Source: Patescibacteria group bacterium
GTDB taxonomy: Bacteria > Patescibacteriota > Microgenomatia > UBA8517
DNA: 64,000 nt
Assembly: GCA_036381415.1 (NCBI GenBank)
Contig: DASVCV010000002.1
Span: 20,091-84,090 of the forward strand
Direction: 5' to 3'
In this document: positions 1-10,272 of the stretch, one piece after another
How the letters are laid out: each line of letters starts with the position of its first letter
Numbering within the stretch: position 1 is the stretch's first letter
Notes under the pieces: model-generated
Told to the model about the DNA's origin: nothing
Seen by the model: the letters and a program-made list of their open reading frames with translations, nothing else
Database searches by the model: none
Made by a program: the position numbers and the translations under genes

Positions 1-417
1 CTGGATGGCAGGGCAGCTGGTTTTGCACCCTTAAAACTGACAAAAATTGCTGCAGGGAACCATAAATTAACAGTTGAATACCCAGGCTCGGGGCAGCGCA
101 ATTTAAGCGTAAGGACGCTTAACGGATACAATTTAACTGCTGTTGTTAAGTTAGCTAATAGTACTAATACTTCTACTCTTGGAGTGCAAACTAAGAGTTC
201 ACCTCAGGTTGAGGTTTTAGAGACAGCAGCTGGGTTTTTAATTGCAAGAGAAACTCCAACTACTGCATCAAATGAAGTTGGACATGCGCTTGATGGACAG
301 AAATATAATTTTATTTCTAAGAGCAGTGACTCTCAATGGTATGAGGTCGATCTGGGGGGAGGGAAAAGTGGCTGGATTTCGGTACTATATGCAACTGTAT
401 CAGGTGAATTGAAATAG
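1..417 (+). CDS. PEGA-domain plus C-terminal SH3b-domain protein, 5'-truncated by window edge
   Basis: Frame 1 is open from base 1 (LDGRAAGFAPLKLTKIAAGNHKLTVEYPG, PEGA-like) into the listed ORF ending WYEVDLGGGKSGWISVLY (SH3b-like). Confidence 0.7.
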   Translation: MDGRAAGFAPLKLTKIAAGNHKLTVEYPGSGQRNLSVRTLNGYNLTAVVKLANSTNTSTLGVQTKSSPQVEVLETAAGFLIARETPTTASNEVGHALDGQKYNFISKSSDSQWYEVDLGGGKSGWISVLYATVSGELK

Positions 418-488
418 ACCCGAAACTCCTATAGTATGTTTACTGTTTTTCACGCGTGTAAACAAATTGGGGAGAGAATTAAATGAAA

Positions 489-1445
489 TTATCTTAAGAA
501 GCTGAAAGTTAAACTTCCGTATAGAATCCAGATGACCATCATTGTCCAAATTACGACTGATGCAACCAATGGAATATCTGACAGCAAAAGCTTTTCTGGA
601 GCCTCAGATCTCCCCTCAAAGATAAGTGCCTGATATCTCATTATTCCGAAAATTGTGACAGGGATTGTTATCATTAAAAGCTTGTTTATTGTTGTAGTGC
701 GTGAAAACTCTGAAAGGAAGAGCCAGAGATTAAGTGGTACTTTGGGAGATTCAAAAAATGTAAAGAGCGCCCAGCTCATCCAAGATGCATTTCCGAACAT
801 AGTTACATATGAATTAAGAAGATCTTTTGGATATTTCTGAAGAGATTTTCTGGTCTCCCCTCCTGGGACAATCCCCAATTCTGCTCTTCTTTTGCCTGAG
901 GCAAGGAAAAGAGCAACTGATATTACACAAAGAAGGAACCAGACTGAAAGATGGGCATCAATTACAAAAGCTCCTGCATAAATTCTTATTACAAAGCCGG
1001 TTGCAATAATGAGGATGTCTAGAACAGGTACGTTTTTAAGGATCAGTGAATAGGCTAACTGGATAAGAAGATAGCTTAGAATAAGTACAAATAACAGGTC
1101 TGAGAGAGCTTTGGAAAGAAGAAGAGCGATAACAGCTAGAAAAAGAGTTTCAGCTATGGCGATTGAGACAGGCAATGTTCCTTTTGCAATAGGTCTCCCC
1201 TTTTTGATTGGGTGAAGCCTATCTGAAGGCGCATCGACAATGTCGTTAAAAATGTAAGTGGCTGAAGCTGCAAGGCTAAATGCCCAAAAGGCCCAGAATG
1301 CTCTTAAAAAGAAAAACTTATCATATAGAAGACCTGAGAAAATAAGTGCAGCAAAGATACTTAAGTTTTTTGTCCAATGAGGAGGGCGAGTGACAAGAAT
1401 GGCAGCTTTTAATGTTTTAGCTATTTGGGACGGTAGGTAAGCCAT
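489..1445 (-). CDS. UbiA-family prenyltransferase, decaprenyl-phosphate phosphoribosyltransferase-like
   Basis: RPPHWTKN, YIFNDIVDAPSDRLHPIKKGRPIAKG, YSLILKN and KRRAEL motifs; polytopic membrane protein. Confidence 0.85.
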   Translation of the reverse strand: MAYLPSQIAKTLKAAILVTRPPHWTKNLSIFAALIFSGLLYDKFFFLRAFWAFWAFSLAASATYIFNDIVDAPSDRLHPIKKGRPIAKGTLPVSIAIAETLFLAVIALLLSKALSDLLFVLILSYLLIQLAYSLILKNVPVLDILIIATGFVIRIYAGAFVIDAHLSVWFLLCVISVALFLASGKRRAELGIVPGGETRKSLQKYPKDLLNSYVTMFGNASWMSWALFTFFESPKVPLNLWLFLSEFSRTTTINKLLMITIPVTIFGIMRYQALIFEGRSEAPEKLLLSDIPLVASVVIWTMMVIWILYGSLTFSFLR

Positions 1446-2488
1446 AATATTAATCCACCAATTGTGAATCCTACACCGATCATTGTATATAACTTAAAGT
1501 CAGTATTCAAATTAAGAGCTAAAATACCTAACAATGCAGTGATTGCCCAGTAAAGAAGTGCTACCTGGGGTTTGGTTAGACCTAAGTCTAGAAGACGGTG
1601 GTGTAAATGTCCCCTATCACCCCAGAACGGAGATTTGCCTGAGGCAATTCTTCTTACAATTACATAACCTGTGTCAATTAAAGGAACGGCAAGAGCTACT
1701 AAAAGAAGTCCAACCTTGGCTGTTGCAAGTATTGCTAATATTGCTAAAAGATAGCCTGCAAGGTTAGATCCAGCAAAGGAGGGCATTATCTTTTGCGGAT
1801 AGATGTGCCATGGAAGAAATCCTAGAAAAGCACCTCCTGTAGCAGCAGCTAAAATAATGACTGGTTTTTGAGTTGGATCTGGGGCAAATCTTAATGAAAG
1901 AATTGCTATGACAAAGGCTGCAATTGCAACTACTCCTGTTAGCTGGCCGTCTACTCCTTTTGCTCCAAAATTTAGAGCATTCATGAGAAGAACAATTAAA
2001 AAGAGAGCAAAAAGATCAGAAAGAATCCAAATACTATGAAAAGAACCAAAAATCTGGAAAGTAATTTGAGGATGAGAAAGATCTATTATTCCTCCAAATG
2101 GGTTTGTAATGTAGGCAATTCCAATTCCTGCTGCAATTGGGAAAAGAGCTGCTATAAACTGAATTACTAATCTAAGGTAAGGGTTAAGATCAAACTTATC
2201 ATCTAGAATACCCATTATCATAATCACAACAGCACCAGCAATAATTCCAAGAAGGTGTTTATCTATGGGAAGAAACACGGCAGTTGCTAAAAGAAATGCA
2301 GTAAAGATGGCAAGTCCTCCCCCTCTTGGTATTGGATAGGTATGGAGGACTTTGGGGTGTTTATGTTTGGCTGGATCATCTATAAGGCCAACTTTCCAAG
2401 AAAGGAGTAGGACAAAAGGTGTTACCAGAAATGAAATAATTGCTGCCAAAATTGCAGGAGGGAAAATAAGCTGGTTTATATTTGTCAT
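1421..2488 (-). CDS. MraY/WecA/TagO-family undecaprenyl-phosphate GlcNAc-1-phosphate transferase
   Basis: PRGGGLAI, GILDDKFDL, GVDG and DRGHLHHRLL motifs. Confidence 0.88.
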   Translation of the reverse strand: MTNINQLIFPPAILAAIISFLVTPFVLLLSWKVGLIDDPAKHKHPKVLHTYPIPRGGGLAIFTAFLLATAVFLPIDKHLLGIIAGAVVIMIMGILDDKFDLNPYLRLVIQFIAALFPIAAGIGIAYITNPFGGIIDLSHPQITFQIFGSFHSIWILSDLFALFLIVLLMNALNFGAKGVDGQLTGVVAIAAFVIAILSLRFAPDPTQKPVIILAAATGGAFLGFLPWHIYPQKIMPSFAGSNLAGYLLAILAILATAKVGLLLVALAVPLIDTGYVIVRRIASGKSPFWGDRGHLHHRLLDLGLTKPQVALLYWAITALLGILALNLNTDFKLYTMIGVGFTIGGLILWLTYRPK

Positions 2489-2809
2489 TTAAATTTTTCC
2501 TACAAGTAGAATTATTCTTAATACTGTAATTGCAGAAAGAGCTGTTACTACAACTGTAAGGCCAACAAGAATTTGTTTTATGAACTCTTCTTTAGAGGTT
2601 TTACTTATAAAAATATTGGCTCCAATGAAGGCGAGAGCTACAAAAGGAGGAATAATTAGAGCCCAGGTGTTTGCCAGTTGTTCATCTCCATATGGAAGGC
2701 CATAAAAAAGAGGTACAACAGGAGGTAGGTGCGGCTGCAAAAGAAGTATTACTAGAATTATGAGAAGATTTACGACAGCAGCTGCCACTTCTATTTTTTC
2801 TATTAGCAT
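2489..2809 (-). CDS. Small 3-TM membrane protein (DUF1648-like)
   Basis: LPPVVPLFYGLPYGDEQLA loop between hydrophobic helices; abuts the wecA-like gene. Confidence 0.6.
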   Translation of the reverse strand: MLIEKIEVAAAVVNLLIILVILLLQPHLPPVVPLFYGLPYGDEQLANTWALIIPPFVALAFIGANIFISKTSKEEFIKQILVGLTVVVTALSAITVLRIILLVGKI

Positions 2810-2828
2810 TTACCAAATTGTAGACTAA

Positions 2829-4349
2829 TTACTGTGGTAGACGCAATTGAGGCTTGGGAATGTTGATTTTGATCCAGATTTCATAGTTTGAGCTGGTTTC
2901 AACTGGAACATAGTTTAGAGCAAGAAAACTTCCAAGAGCTGGAAAACTTCCTCCTTCTTCTAGGGTTACTATGAATTTTGGCGGATTACTTTGCAGGGCT
3001 TTTATTACATCTTCTTTTGATGAAAAGTCACTGATATGATAATTTGCTACATATTTAAAAGGCGGAAGCCTTTTAGATAGTGCATAGATTGGTGGAGAAT
3101 CTCCCCAAACAAAAACAGGGTCATTGTAGTTTGATGATATAGAAAGATATTTGGCAATTTTGTAATTTCTATTAACATGAGAATCGAATTCATCAAAATA
3201 TTCTTCTTTTGATATCTGGTGTGTTGCAAATCTGATAAAGCGGCTGTAGTAGGTAAATGTTGAGTAGTAGTAAAACTTGTAATAGACAGGAACTAGAAGA
3301 GCTAAAAATAATGGTATTACTGCAAGAGCTTGTTCAATTCGAGTGGAAGCTAAGAGAATTGCAGTAAGAATAGATATTGGTGCAATAGATTGGATTAGAT
3401 AGTGGGGATACGGACGTTCGGAAAGAGTTGCTGCAAAGAGACTTGTTAATAGCCAAATGGTAGCAAAGATGAATGGTGTTGAAAGCTTCTTATTTTTAAT
3501 TTTAAGAATTACTAATCCTATTAGGATGACAGAGGATCTTAAAAGAAGAGGACCATTTTTAACTAAGAAAGGAGTTTGGTTTTCTCCCCCTCTCCAAGAT
3601 GAAAGGTAGCCAACATTTTGAAGGAATGCTGCAACTAGGTACTCATTAAATGCTCCTTTTGTCCAATACCAAATGAAGGTTGCAAGAATGGGCAGAATAA
3701 AACCTAAAGCAAGAACAAAAGTTTTTTTGATAATGCTAATAACATTTTCTTTATTTATTTTTGAAACTACAATCCAAAAAAGAACTACGGCTGGAACATC
3801 AAAACTTGCAGGGATTTTAAAAAGAGCTGCTAATGAAAAAAGAAGTCCTGCAAAAAAGATCTTTTTGTAATTTGGCTTAGTAAGAAGTATTAAAAAGGCT
3901 AGCATTATTGGGCCAATAAGGAAAAGTTCACTATTTACAATATTTCCTTCTAAAAGTGGAAGAGTGGAAAGAAGAGCAAAAATAACCGTAGCAATTTTTT
4001 GGAGTTTTGTGTTGTTTTCAAAAAGAATAGTTGTAAGTTTCCAGAATACTACCACAGTTACCAGCATCCAGAAGGCTAGAATTACTTTGAACCAAAAAAG
4101 GTTTCCGCCTATGGCTGCTAAAAGGTAAATTAGTGGAGGTTTATTGTCATGAATGTTTTTGTAGAGAGTAAGACCGTGACGAATTCCTTCTCCTAAAGTT
4201 AGATATATCATTTCATCTCCATATGAGTAGGGTTCAAAAAATGAAGGAATACGAAGTATTAATGTTAGACCTAAGAGGCAACAGAGCCAGTTTGGAATTC
4301 CTAACTTTCTATCTAATTCTTTGATCTTATTTATTATCTGACGAACCAT
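2829..4349 (-). CDS. GT-C fold membrane glycosyltransferase (GT39/ArnT-like)
   Basis: YGDEMIY, DNKPPLIY and YPHY motifs, many TM helices, soluble C-terminal domain. Confidence 0.8.
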   Translation of the reverse strand: MVRQIINKIKELDRKLGIPNWLCCLLGLTLILRIPSFFEPYSYGDEMIYLTLGEGIRHGLTLYKNIHDNKPPLIYLLAAIGGNLFWFKVILAFWMLVTVVVFWKLTTILFENNTKLQKIATVIFALLSTLPLLEGNIVNSELFLIGPIMLAFLILLTKPNYKKIFFAGLLFSLAALFKIPASFDVPAVVLFWIVVSKINKENVISIIKKTFVLALGFILPILATFIWYWTKGAFNEYLVAAFLQNVGYLSSWRGGENQTPFLVKNGPLLLRSSVILIGLVILKIKNKKLSTPFIFATIWLLTSLFAATLSERPYPHYLIQSIAPISILTAILLASTRIEQALAVIPLFLALLVPVYYKFYYYSTFTYYSRFIRFATHQISKEEYFDEFDSHVNRNYKIAKYLSISSNYNDPVFVWGDSPPIYALSKRLPPFKYVANYHISDFSSKEDVIKALQSNPPKFIVTLEEGGSFPALGSFLALNYVPVETSSNYEIWIKINIPKPQLRLPQ

Positions 4350-5662
4350 ATAAATTTAAGGTCTGAAAATGTGTGGATTTCTCCTACATTATAATTTGGG
4401 ATTTTTACTTCATCGACCGGACCGCTTGTTATTACTCCAACTCTAAAAGCATTTTTGGGAAGAGTGTAGACAGTGTCAGAGGGTGTCATCAAAGCAGTTC
4501 CAACAAAGAAAGGAAGAGCACCCTTACTTGTTAAATAAATGGGTGCATCTATGTTGTAATATTTTGCTTCCCATAAATGATGGGCAGTTCCATTCCAGTT
4601 AACAACATAGTCGTCTCCCCTTTTTGATTCATGAACATATTGGGCTAAATCTTTAAAAGGAAGTTTTGTAGGATGAGTGAAGTAGGTGAAATCAATTATT
4701 AAAAAGAGGGAAACAAGAATTGCAATGAATGGTGTTGAGATTTTTCGTCTTGAAGAGGCAAGAACTAACATTCCTGCTGGGATTGCATAAAGAAGGTATC
4801 TGTCAAAAAAAATGGGTTGGAATTTTTGTGAGACAAGCCAAGTTAAAAGAATTGGGCCAAAAAACCAAAGAAGAAGAAAGGCTGATTTTTGTATGTTTTT
4901 GTGCCACTGTCTTAGAACTAAAATAATAAGTCCAAAAATTAGAGCTGGTTTGGCTAATGGGTTATTAATTCCAGTTGCAAGATATTTAGCAGAAAGTCCA
5001 AGAAAATCAGTAATGGTAGGTTTTCCTAACCAGAAGCCAGAGCCAACCATTTTGGTTTGGTTATAGAGTGGGATAAGCCAGGGAATATACAAGACTCCAA
5101 TTGCAAGGAAGGAAAGGAAGTGGGAAATTGCATTTTGCCTTTCTTCTTTTGCCTTTTTGCCTTTTTTTGTGAATGCAAATGCTGCTTGTTTTAGGAACCA
5201 AACTCCTTGGATAAATATTGCAAAGATAGCAAAGTGATGGGTGTAGAGGCTAAGAACAGTTGCTACTACATATGGAATCCACTTTTTGGTGAGCATGAAG
5301 TAGAAGGAAGCAGTTACTGTTAGGGCAAGTAAGCTGTACATTCTTCCTTCAAAAGCATAGTTAAAAAAGAAGGGATTTAGAAACACAAGAATGGCTGCAA
5401 TGGCAGCAACATTTTTGTCCCAAAGATATTCCCCAATTTTATATACAAAAAAGATGGCTAAGAGAAAAAAGAGGAAGGAAAGAAGTCTAATTGCTACTTC
5501 ACCATGTCCAAAAAAACCAAACCAGATATGTTCTAAAATGTTGTATAGAGGTGGAGATGTGTCATGAGTGATTGTAGAAATTATGTCAGGGATAGATTTT
5601 TGAGAAAGAACTGCTGAGAAAGCTTCATCACCCCAAATACTTACATTAAATTGGTTAAGCAT
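4334..5662 (-). CDS. GT-C fold membrane glycosyltransferase (GT39/PMT_2-like)
   Basis: SIWGDEAFS, DTSPPLY, EGRMYSL, YTHHF and DRYL motifs. Confidence 0.82.
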   Translation of the reverse strand: MLNQFNVSIWGDEAFSAVLSQKSIPDIISTITHDTSPPLYNILEHIWFGFFGHGEVAIRLLSFLFFLLAIFFVYKIGEYLWDKNVAAIAAILVFLNPFFFNYAFEGRMYSLLALTVTASFYFMLTKKWIPYVVATVLSLYTHHFAIFAIFIQGVWFLKQAAFAFTKKGKKAKEERQNAISHFLSFLAIGVLYIPWLIPLYNQTKMVGSGFWLGKPTITDFLGLSAKYLATGINNPLAKPALIFGLIILVLRQWHKNIQKSAFLLLWFFGPILLTWLVSQKFQPIFFDRYLLYAIPAGMLVLASSRRKISTPFIAILVSLFLIIDFTYFTHPTKLPFKDLAQYVHESKRGDDYVVNWNGTAHHLWEAKYYNIDAPIYLTSKGALPFFVGTALMTPSDTVYTLPKNAFRVGVITSGPVDEVKIPNYNVGEIHTFSDLKFIWFVR

Positions 5663-5714
5663 TGTACTTTTAGTCTAGCAAGAAAGAGAAGGAAGTTAAA
5701 GTTTGGATTATGGA

Positions 5715-5945
5715 TTATAGATGAAGTGTGTCATCTCCCTCTGACACTTTTGAGTTACCTGCGTCAATTACTCTGTATGTGAAATCTTGTAGGTCGCCAC
5801 ACAGGCATTTACCATCAAAAAGATTAGATTTATTTAAATATTCTTTTGGAGGAAGAAGATTAAGGTGAGCCATATGTGAAATTAATTGTTTCTTTAGGCA
5901 TAATTCACAACCCAAGCATTGAGGAAGAGGACATCTTTCCAACAT
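5715..5945 (-). CDS. Small Cys-rich hypothetical protein
   Basis: 76 aa with CPLPQCLGCELC and CLC; preceded by TTGACC-N16-TATAAT-N5-ATG. Confidence 0.55.
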   Translation of the reverse strand: MLERCPLPQCLGCELCLKKQLISHMAHLNLLPPKEYLNKSNLFDGKCLCGDLQDFTYRVIDAGNSKVSEGDDTLHL

Positions 5946-6044
5946 GGTTTATTATAACTTTACAAATTTTGAGGTCAAGGTCAGCAGTAAGAGGGGGATT
6001 TTTTCGATATTGAAAGCTATTGGTGGAGGAGAATATTGTGTTGT

Positions 6045-6257
6045 TCAACGTTTTTTGTGCAGAATAATAGTGTCTACTCCAAAAGTTTTGGACGTATCCA
6101 GCTTGCTCTTAAGATGCACCGATGATAATTCCCTTACCTTTGGACAAGGGGTGACGAATGCCAGGATTTTTTCAAGATCTATTCCTTTTGCTCTTGCTTT
6201 TGATAGCTTTTCCCAGTCGGCACATCCTCCTTCTTTGTTGCAGAGTTCACAGGACAT
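6045..6257 (-). CDS. Small Cys-containing hypothetical protein
   Basis: 70 aa starting MSCELC; preceded by TAGACA-N17-TAATAT-N6-ATG. Confidence 0.55.
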   Translation of the reverse strand: MSCELCNKEGGCADWEKLSKARAKGIDLEKILAFVTPCPKVRELSSVHLKSKLDTSKTFGVDTIILHKKR

Positions 6258-6289
6258 TGTCAGATATTACCTTAATGAATGGGTGATGT

Positions 6290-7783
6290 CTAGACTTTTT
6301 CCGTTACTTTATATTCTATATATTTACCCAACATAAGGCGTGTGTGCGCATCTAAACCTGGAAGAGCTGAGAAGAAAAACCCTGCAACAGGCATTAATAT
6401 AAATTCAAAAGGAACAAGAAGGGCACGCCATAACGGAAAGGTTGCCGGCCTTTTTGGTTTATAGTAACTATCAATAATAATCATTACTAGAAGAAATACT
6501 AGAGCAACTGTTAAAACAAAAGAGGAAAGTTTTGGAACAGTATAGCCTAGAACGGTTCTTCCAAAAGCTGGATTAAGAATTGTTGGGACTGTGAGTCCAA
6601 TTGTAATAATGAACCAGTTAACTGGCCATAAAAAGTGGGACCAGATTACATATACCAACCTTAATGTTTTTTCAAAGAAGGGAACGTCTGGGGTTAGGAA
6701 GTAATCTCTAATTATCCATGGATCATCTGAAGCTCCCCATGCCCATCTTTTAAGCTGTTCATATTGAGTAACTAGGGTTTTCCAGACAGTTGTTGATTGA
6801 GCAGCGTCTGCAAATAATGGAAGATAGATTGGTTCCACTTCTAGCTTTCCTTTCATTTTGTAAAAAGCTTTAAAAAATATTCCCCAATCTTCTGGAATTT
6901 TATCTGGATCCCAATAGCCTACTTCATCAAGAAGTTTAAAAGAAAGAGAGTAGTTTTGCTGATTAATAAGGCGGTCACGACGAGGTAGTTGAGAAAGATT
7001 CCAGATTGAGCCAAGAGTATTTTGAACACGAGTGATTGCAGGAAGTTCCCAAATGTTGTTGTAAAACATTACTGCTGGCTGCCAGAAGTAATTGTATCTT
7101 CTTGGATTATCTAAGAATTTAAAAGTAAGACAAGAGAAATGCTTGGGGTGGTATTTATGGTCTGCATCACAGGAGGTGACTGTATAGTAATTAATGTCTT
7201 GTCCTTTTGCATCAATTAAATTTTCTTTAACCCAAATTGCAGCAAAGCGTTCGTTAGAGGCCTTTCCGGCAACTTCACCAGGGACTAATTCATGAACTGT
7301 TACAACTAGATTTCCAAAAAGTTTGCCAAATTTTTCTTTTAATATTTTTACTTTAGGAAGACGAGACTCTTCTGGTTCTTTTTTCTCCATTGCCATTACA
7401 ACAATGAGCTGTTTAAGAGGAAGATCTTGAGAAGCCAGAGACTTAAGAGTTCTTTCTAAGATATGTATGGGTTCTTTGTAGGTTGGGATTATTACAACAT
7501 GACGTACCTTTTCCCAGTCGGGGAAAGCTTTAATATCCCCTACCCAATCAAAGTTCATTGAGGCTTGTACTCTTATATGGGAAATAACAACTGTGATTGC
7601 AATTTGGAGTGATTGGTAAAACCAGTAAATATTAAAAAATAAAACAAAGTAAGCAACTGCATTTGGGATAACAAGAATTCCCCAGTATGGAAAAAGAATT
7701 AAATTCCAGGAGACAAAACCTGGAAGGATTTCCAAGAATCTTAAAACACCTTTTTCATGCTTAAGAATAAAATTTCTAATCAT
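6290..7783 (-). CDS. Membrane-bound glycosyltransferase family 2 (processive, synthase-like)
   Basis: IIPTYKE, GKASN, CDAD, PED and QLKRW (QxxRW) motifs with flanking TM helices. Confidence 0.85.
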   Translation of the reverse strand: MIRNFILKHEKGVLRFLEILPGFVSWNLILFPYWGILVIPNAVAYFVLFFNIYWFYQSLQIAITVVISHIRVQASMNFDWVGDIKAFPDWEKVRHVVIIPTYKEPIHILERTLKSLASQDLPLKQLIVVMAMEKKEPEESRLPKVKILKEKFGKLFGNLVVTVHELVPGEVAGKASNERFAAIWVKENLIDAKGQDINYYTVTSCDADHKYHPKHFSCLTFKFLDNPRRYNYFWQPAVMFYNNIWELPAITRVQNTLGSIWNLSQLPRRDRLINQQNYSLSFKLLDEVGYWDPDKIPEDWGIFFKAFYKMKGKLEVEPIYLPLFADAAQSTTVWKTLVTQYEQLKRWAWGASDDPWIIRDYFLTPDVPFFEKTLRLVYVIWSHFLWPVNWFIITIGLTVPTILNPAFGRTVLGYTVPKLSSFVLTVALVFLLVMIIIDSYYKPKRPATFPLWRALLVPFEFILMPVAGFFFSALPGLDAHTRLMLGKYIEYKVTEKV

Positions 7784-9201
7784 TATTTTAGCCGTGGGAA
7801 AAGAGGATTACCCTTTTTGATTTTAGGCCCTTTAAATTGTTTTTCTATTTTGTTGGCAGTATCGGGAAGGAAGGGTTTGAGATCTACTGCAATTTGTCTA
7901 ATATCATTAACAAGAAATTCAAGTACTTTTTGAAGTTCTTCTCCTTTTAATTCCCAGACTTTTTTACTATTTATTAGAATGTCTGCTTCTTTTATTTTGT
8001 CCCAAATAAATTTTAAAGCATCGTCAAACTCGTAATTAGAAAGAGCGATATCGATGTCTGGTTCTATATTGGATTTATTTTCTGGAAAACTAAATTTAGA
8101 GTTTTGGGCAAGGGTTGAAATTCTAGAGATTAAATTTCCGAGGCCGTTTGCTAGGTCTGCATTATATGCAGTTTCAAATTTTTCGAAAGTGAAATCGCTG
8201 TCTTCCCATGGATGAATTTTTGCTAGTAGATAATATCTAGTTGCATCAGTTCCATATTTTTCTACTAGTTCATATGGAGAAACCACATTCCCCAAACTTT
8301 TGCTGATTTTTTGCCCATCCTTAGTTACAAAACCATGAATGAAGACTTGTTTAGAGTTTGGAAGACCTGCTGACATTAACATTGCTTGCCAGATAGCTGT
8401 TTGTTGACGAAGGTTATCTTTTCCAGCAAATTGGATTACAGGCCACCATTTTTTAAATTCATTTGCTTTATCAGGCCACCCTATTGCTGAAACATAATTC
8501 ACTAAGGCATCGAACCATACAAACATTACATGTTCTGGATCCCCTGGGACATCTATTCCCCATGGCATTTTGCTTTTCAGTCTTGAAATACTGAAGTCTT
8601 GAAGGCCGTTTTTGACGAATGTTTTTATTTCTTTGTACTTTGATTCGGGAACTACAAAATCTTGGTTTTTTTCATAAAACTTTAGTAATTTATCTTGGTA
8701 TTTGGAAAATTTAAAAAAATAATTTTCTTCTTCGTATATTTCTATTTGTAAGTTTGGATGAATTGGGCATCGATTATCTACAAGTTCTGAGTCGGTTTTT
8801 TCCAGTTCGCATCCTACGCAATACTTAATTTTGTAAAGTTTTTTGTAGATATCTCCATTTTTTAAGCATTTTTCCCAGAATTCTTGAGCTGCTTTTATGT
8901 GGTGTTCATCAGTAGTTCTTATGAAGCTATTGTAGGTCAGATTAAGGGCCTTTTTAAGATTGTCAAACTTGGTTGCGTATTCATTTACATATTGTTGCGG
9001 CTTTTTTCCTTGCTCGATTGCTTTTCTATAGATTTTTAGACCATGCTCGTCTGTTCCAAAGTTAAAAAATACGCTATATCCAGACAACTTTTTGTGCCTG
9101 GCATAGGCATCTGCCTGCACTATTTCAAGTGCAAATCCTATGTGTGGATCAGAGTTGACATACGGTAGTGTTGTTGTTAAGTAGATGTTTTTTGTGCTCA
9201 T
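7783..9201 (-). CDS. metG: Methionine--tRNA ligase (short form)
   Basis: TTTLPYVNSDPHIG, GTDEHG, CVGC..CPIH knuckle, WFDAL, KISKSLGN. Start moved to the ATG at 9201, 6 nt after a TAAAAT -10 box. Confidence 0.95.
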   Translation of the reverse strand: MSTKNIYLTTTLPYVNSDPHIGFALEIVQADAYARHKKLSGYSVFFNFGTDEHGLKIYRKAIEQGKKPQQYVNEYATKFDNLKKALNLTYNSFIRTTDEHHIKAAQEFWEKCLKNGDIYKKLYKIKYCVGCELEKTDSELVDNRCPIHPNLQIEIYEEENYFFKFSKYQDKLLKFYEKNQDFVVPESKYKEIKTFVKNGLQDFSISRLKSKMPWGIDVPGDPEHVMFVWFDALVNYVSAIGWPDKANEFKKWWPVIQFAGKDNLRQQTAIWQAMLMSAGLPNSKQVFIHGFVTKDGQKISKSLGNVVSPYELVEKYGTDATRYYLLAKIHPWEDSDFTFEKFETAYNADLANGLGNLISRISTLAQNSKFSFPENKSNIEPDIDIALSNYEFDDALKFIWDKIKEADILINSKKVWELKGEELQKVLEFLVNDIRQIAVDLKPFLPDTANKIEKQFKGPKIKKGNPLFPRLK

Positions 9202-10222
9202 GCGCAAATTTTAGCATGTCTATACCTTTATAGCCATATATTTTATTCCTATAGTTTATGTTTTTAAGTAATTTTTTACAGTCCCTAATTTTTTCTTTAT
9301 GTTTTAGATGTGGCTTTAAGAGTGTGGCAAAACGATAATTATCTATTTTTCGATCTAGGGTTAAAATCCAATAGTTATGGTTGTGTGAGTAACCATCTTT
9401 TCCTGTGTAGCCTTTTTTGACTCCTAGAAAGATTTTAGGATGAAACTTTCTTTTAGCTAGAAAATTAAATATTTGTTTAAGAATTGCTTTGTTATAGTTC
9501 CCAAGAGAAAATTTTGCAGACTTTTTATCTTTTGTAATGTAAAAACTACCCTCTGCGTCTATAAATCCTGCTAGTATGGATAGAAAAATTTCATTCTTTT
9601 TAAAAACCCAGCTGGGAAATTTTGAGTATTTTTTAAGTAGAAATTCGAAAGAGTTGTCTACACTACATTCAATCTGTTGTTTTCCTGTTTTGTAGGTTTT
9701 ACTTATCCAAATTCTTCCGTATGGAAACAGAAGCCTCTTAATTAATTTGATTTGTTCTGCATGAGTTGAGGCACAATCTATAAGAATTGTTTCACTATTT
9801 TTATACATTTTTCTTACTCTTAGATCACCTATTCTAAACCCAAGAATATATGCTTTTTCCTTTAGGTTTTCTGAAAACGGACGTCTTTTTGTAATAATGT
9901 GTGCTGCTGCTAAACTTTTTATGGGAAGATCATAATTTCTTATTTTTCTATCGATTGTGGAATACGCACACTTGTAAATTTTTGCAATTTTTCTACTAGA
10001 TAATTTTTGTTTAACATATAACTTTTTTAGTTCCTCTTTACTTATATTTGGTCCAGGTATTCCTGATGATCTTAGTGGAATTTCTAATTCTTTTGCTCTT
10101 ATTTCGATAGTTCTTACACTAAAACCTAATAGCTTTGATATTTTTAGTAGATTCCAGTGTTTGTTTATGTAGTAATTTTCTAATAGTTCTTTGGTTATAA
10201 TATTTCTTCTTTTTGTCGGCAT
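9149..10222 (-). mobile_element. Free-standing LAGLIDADG homing-endonuclease gene with two N-terminal HTH-like repeats
   Basis: AYILGFRIGDL and ILAGFIDAEGSF motifs; repeats ITKELLENYY..ISKLLGFS and ISKEELKKLY..IAKIYKCA; very Lys-rich; overlaps the metG 5' end. Confidence 0.8.
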
Positions 10223-10272
10223 AATTCATTATTGTCCAAAGATAAACCGAAGTCAAACATTTACCGAAGTTT

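Noticed and set aside
426-474. Imperfect inverted repeat (TGTTTAC/GTAAACA around CACGCGTG) as an ncRNA
   Set aside because: It lies between convergent stop codons and is most simply a terminator; nothing else supports it.
9149-10222. LAGLIDADG ORF as an intein or intron in metG
   Set aside because: metG is uninterrupted from its N-terminal motif, the ORF is in another frame, and no intein splice residues or intron core were recognised.
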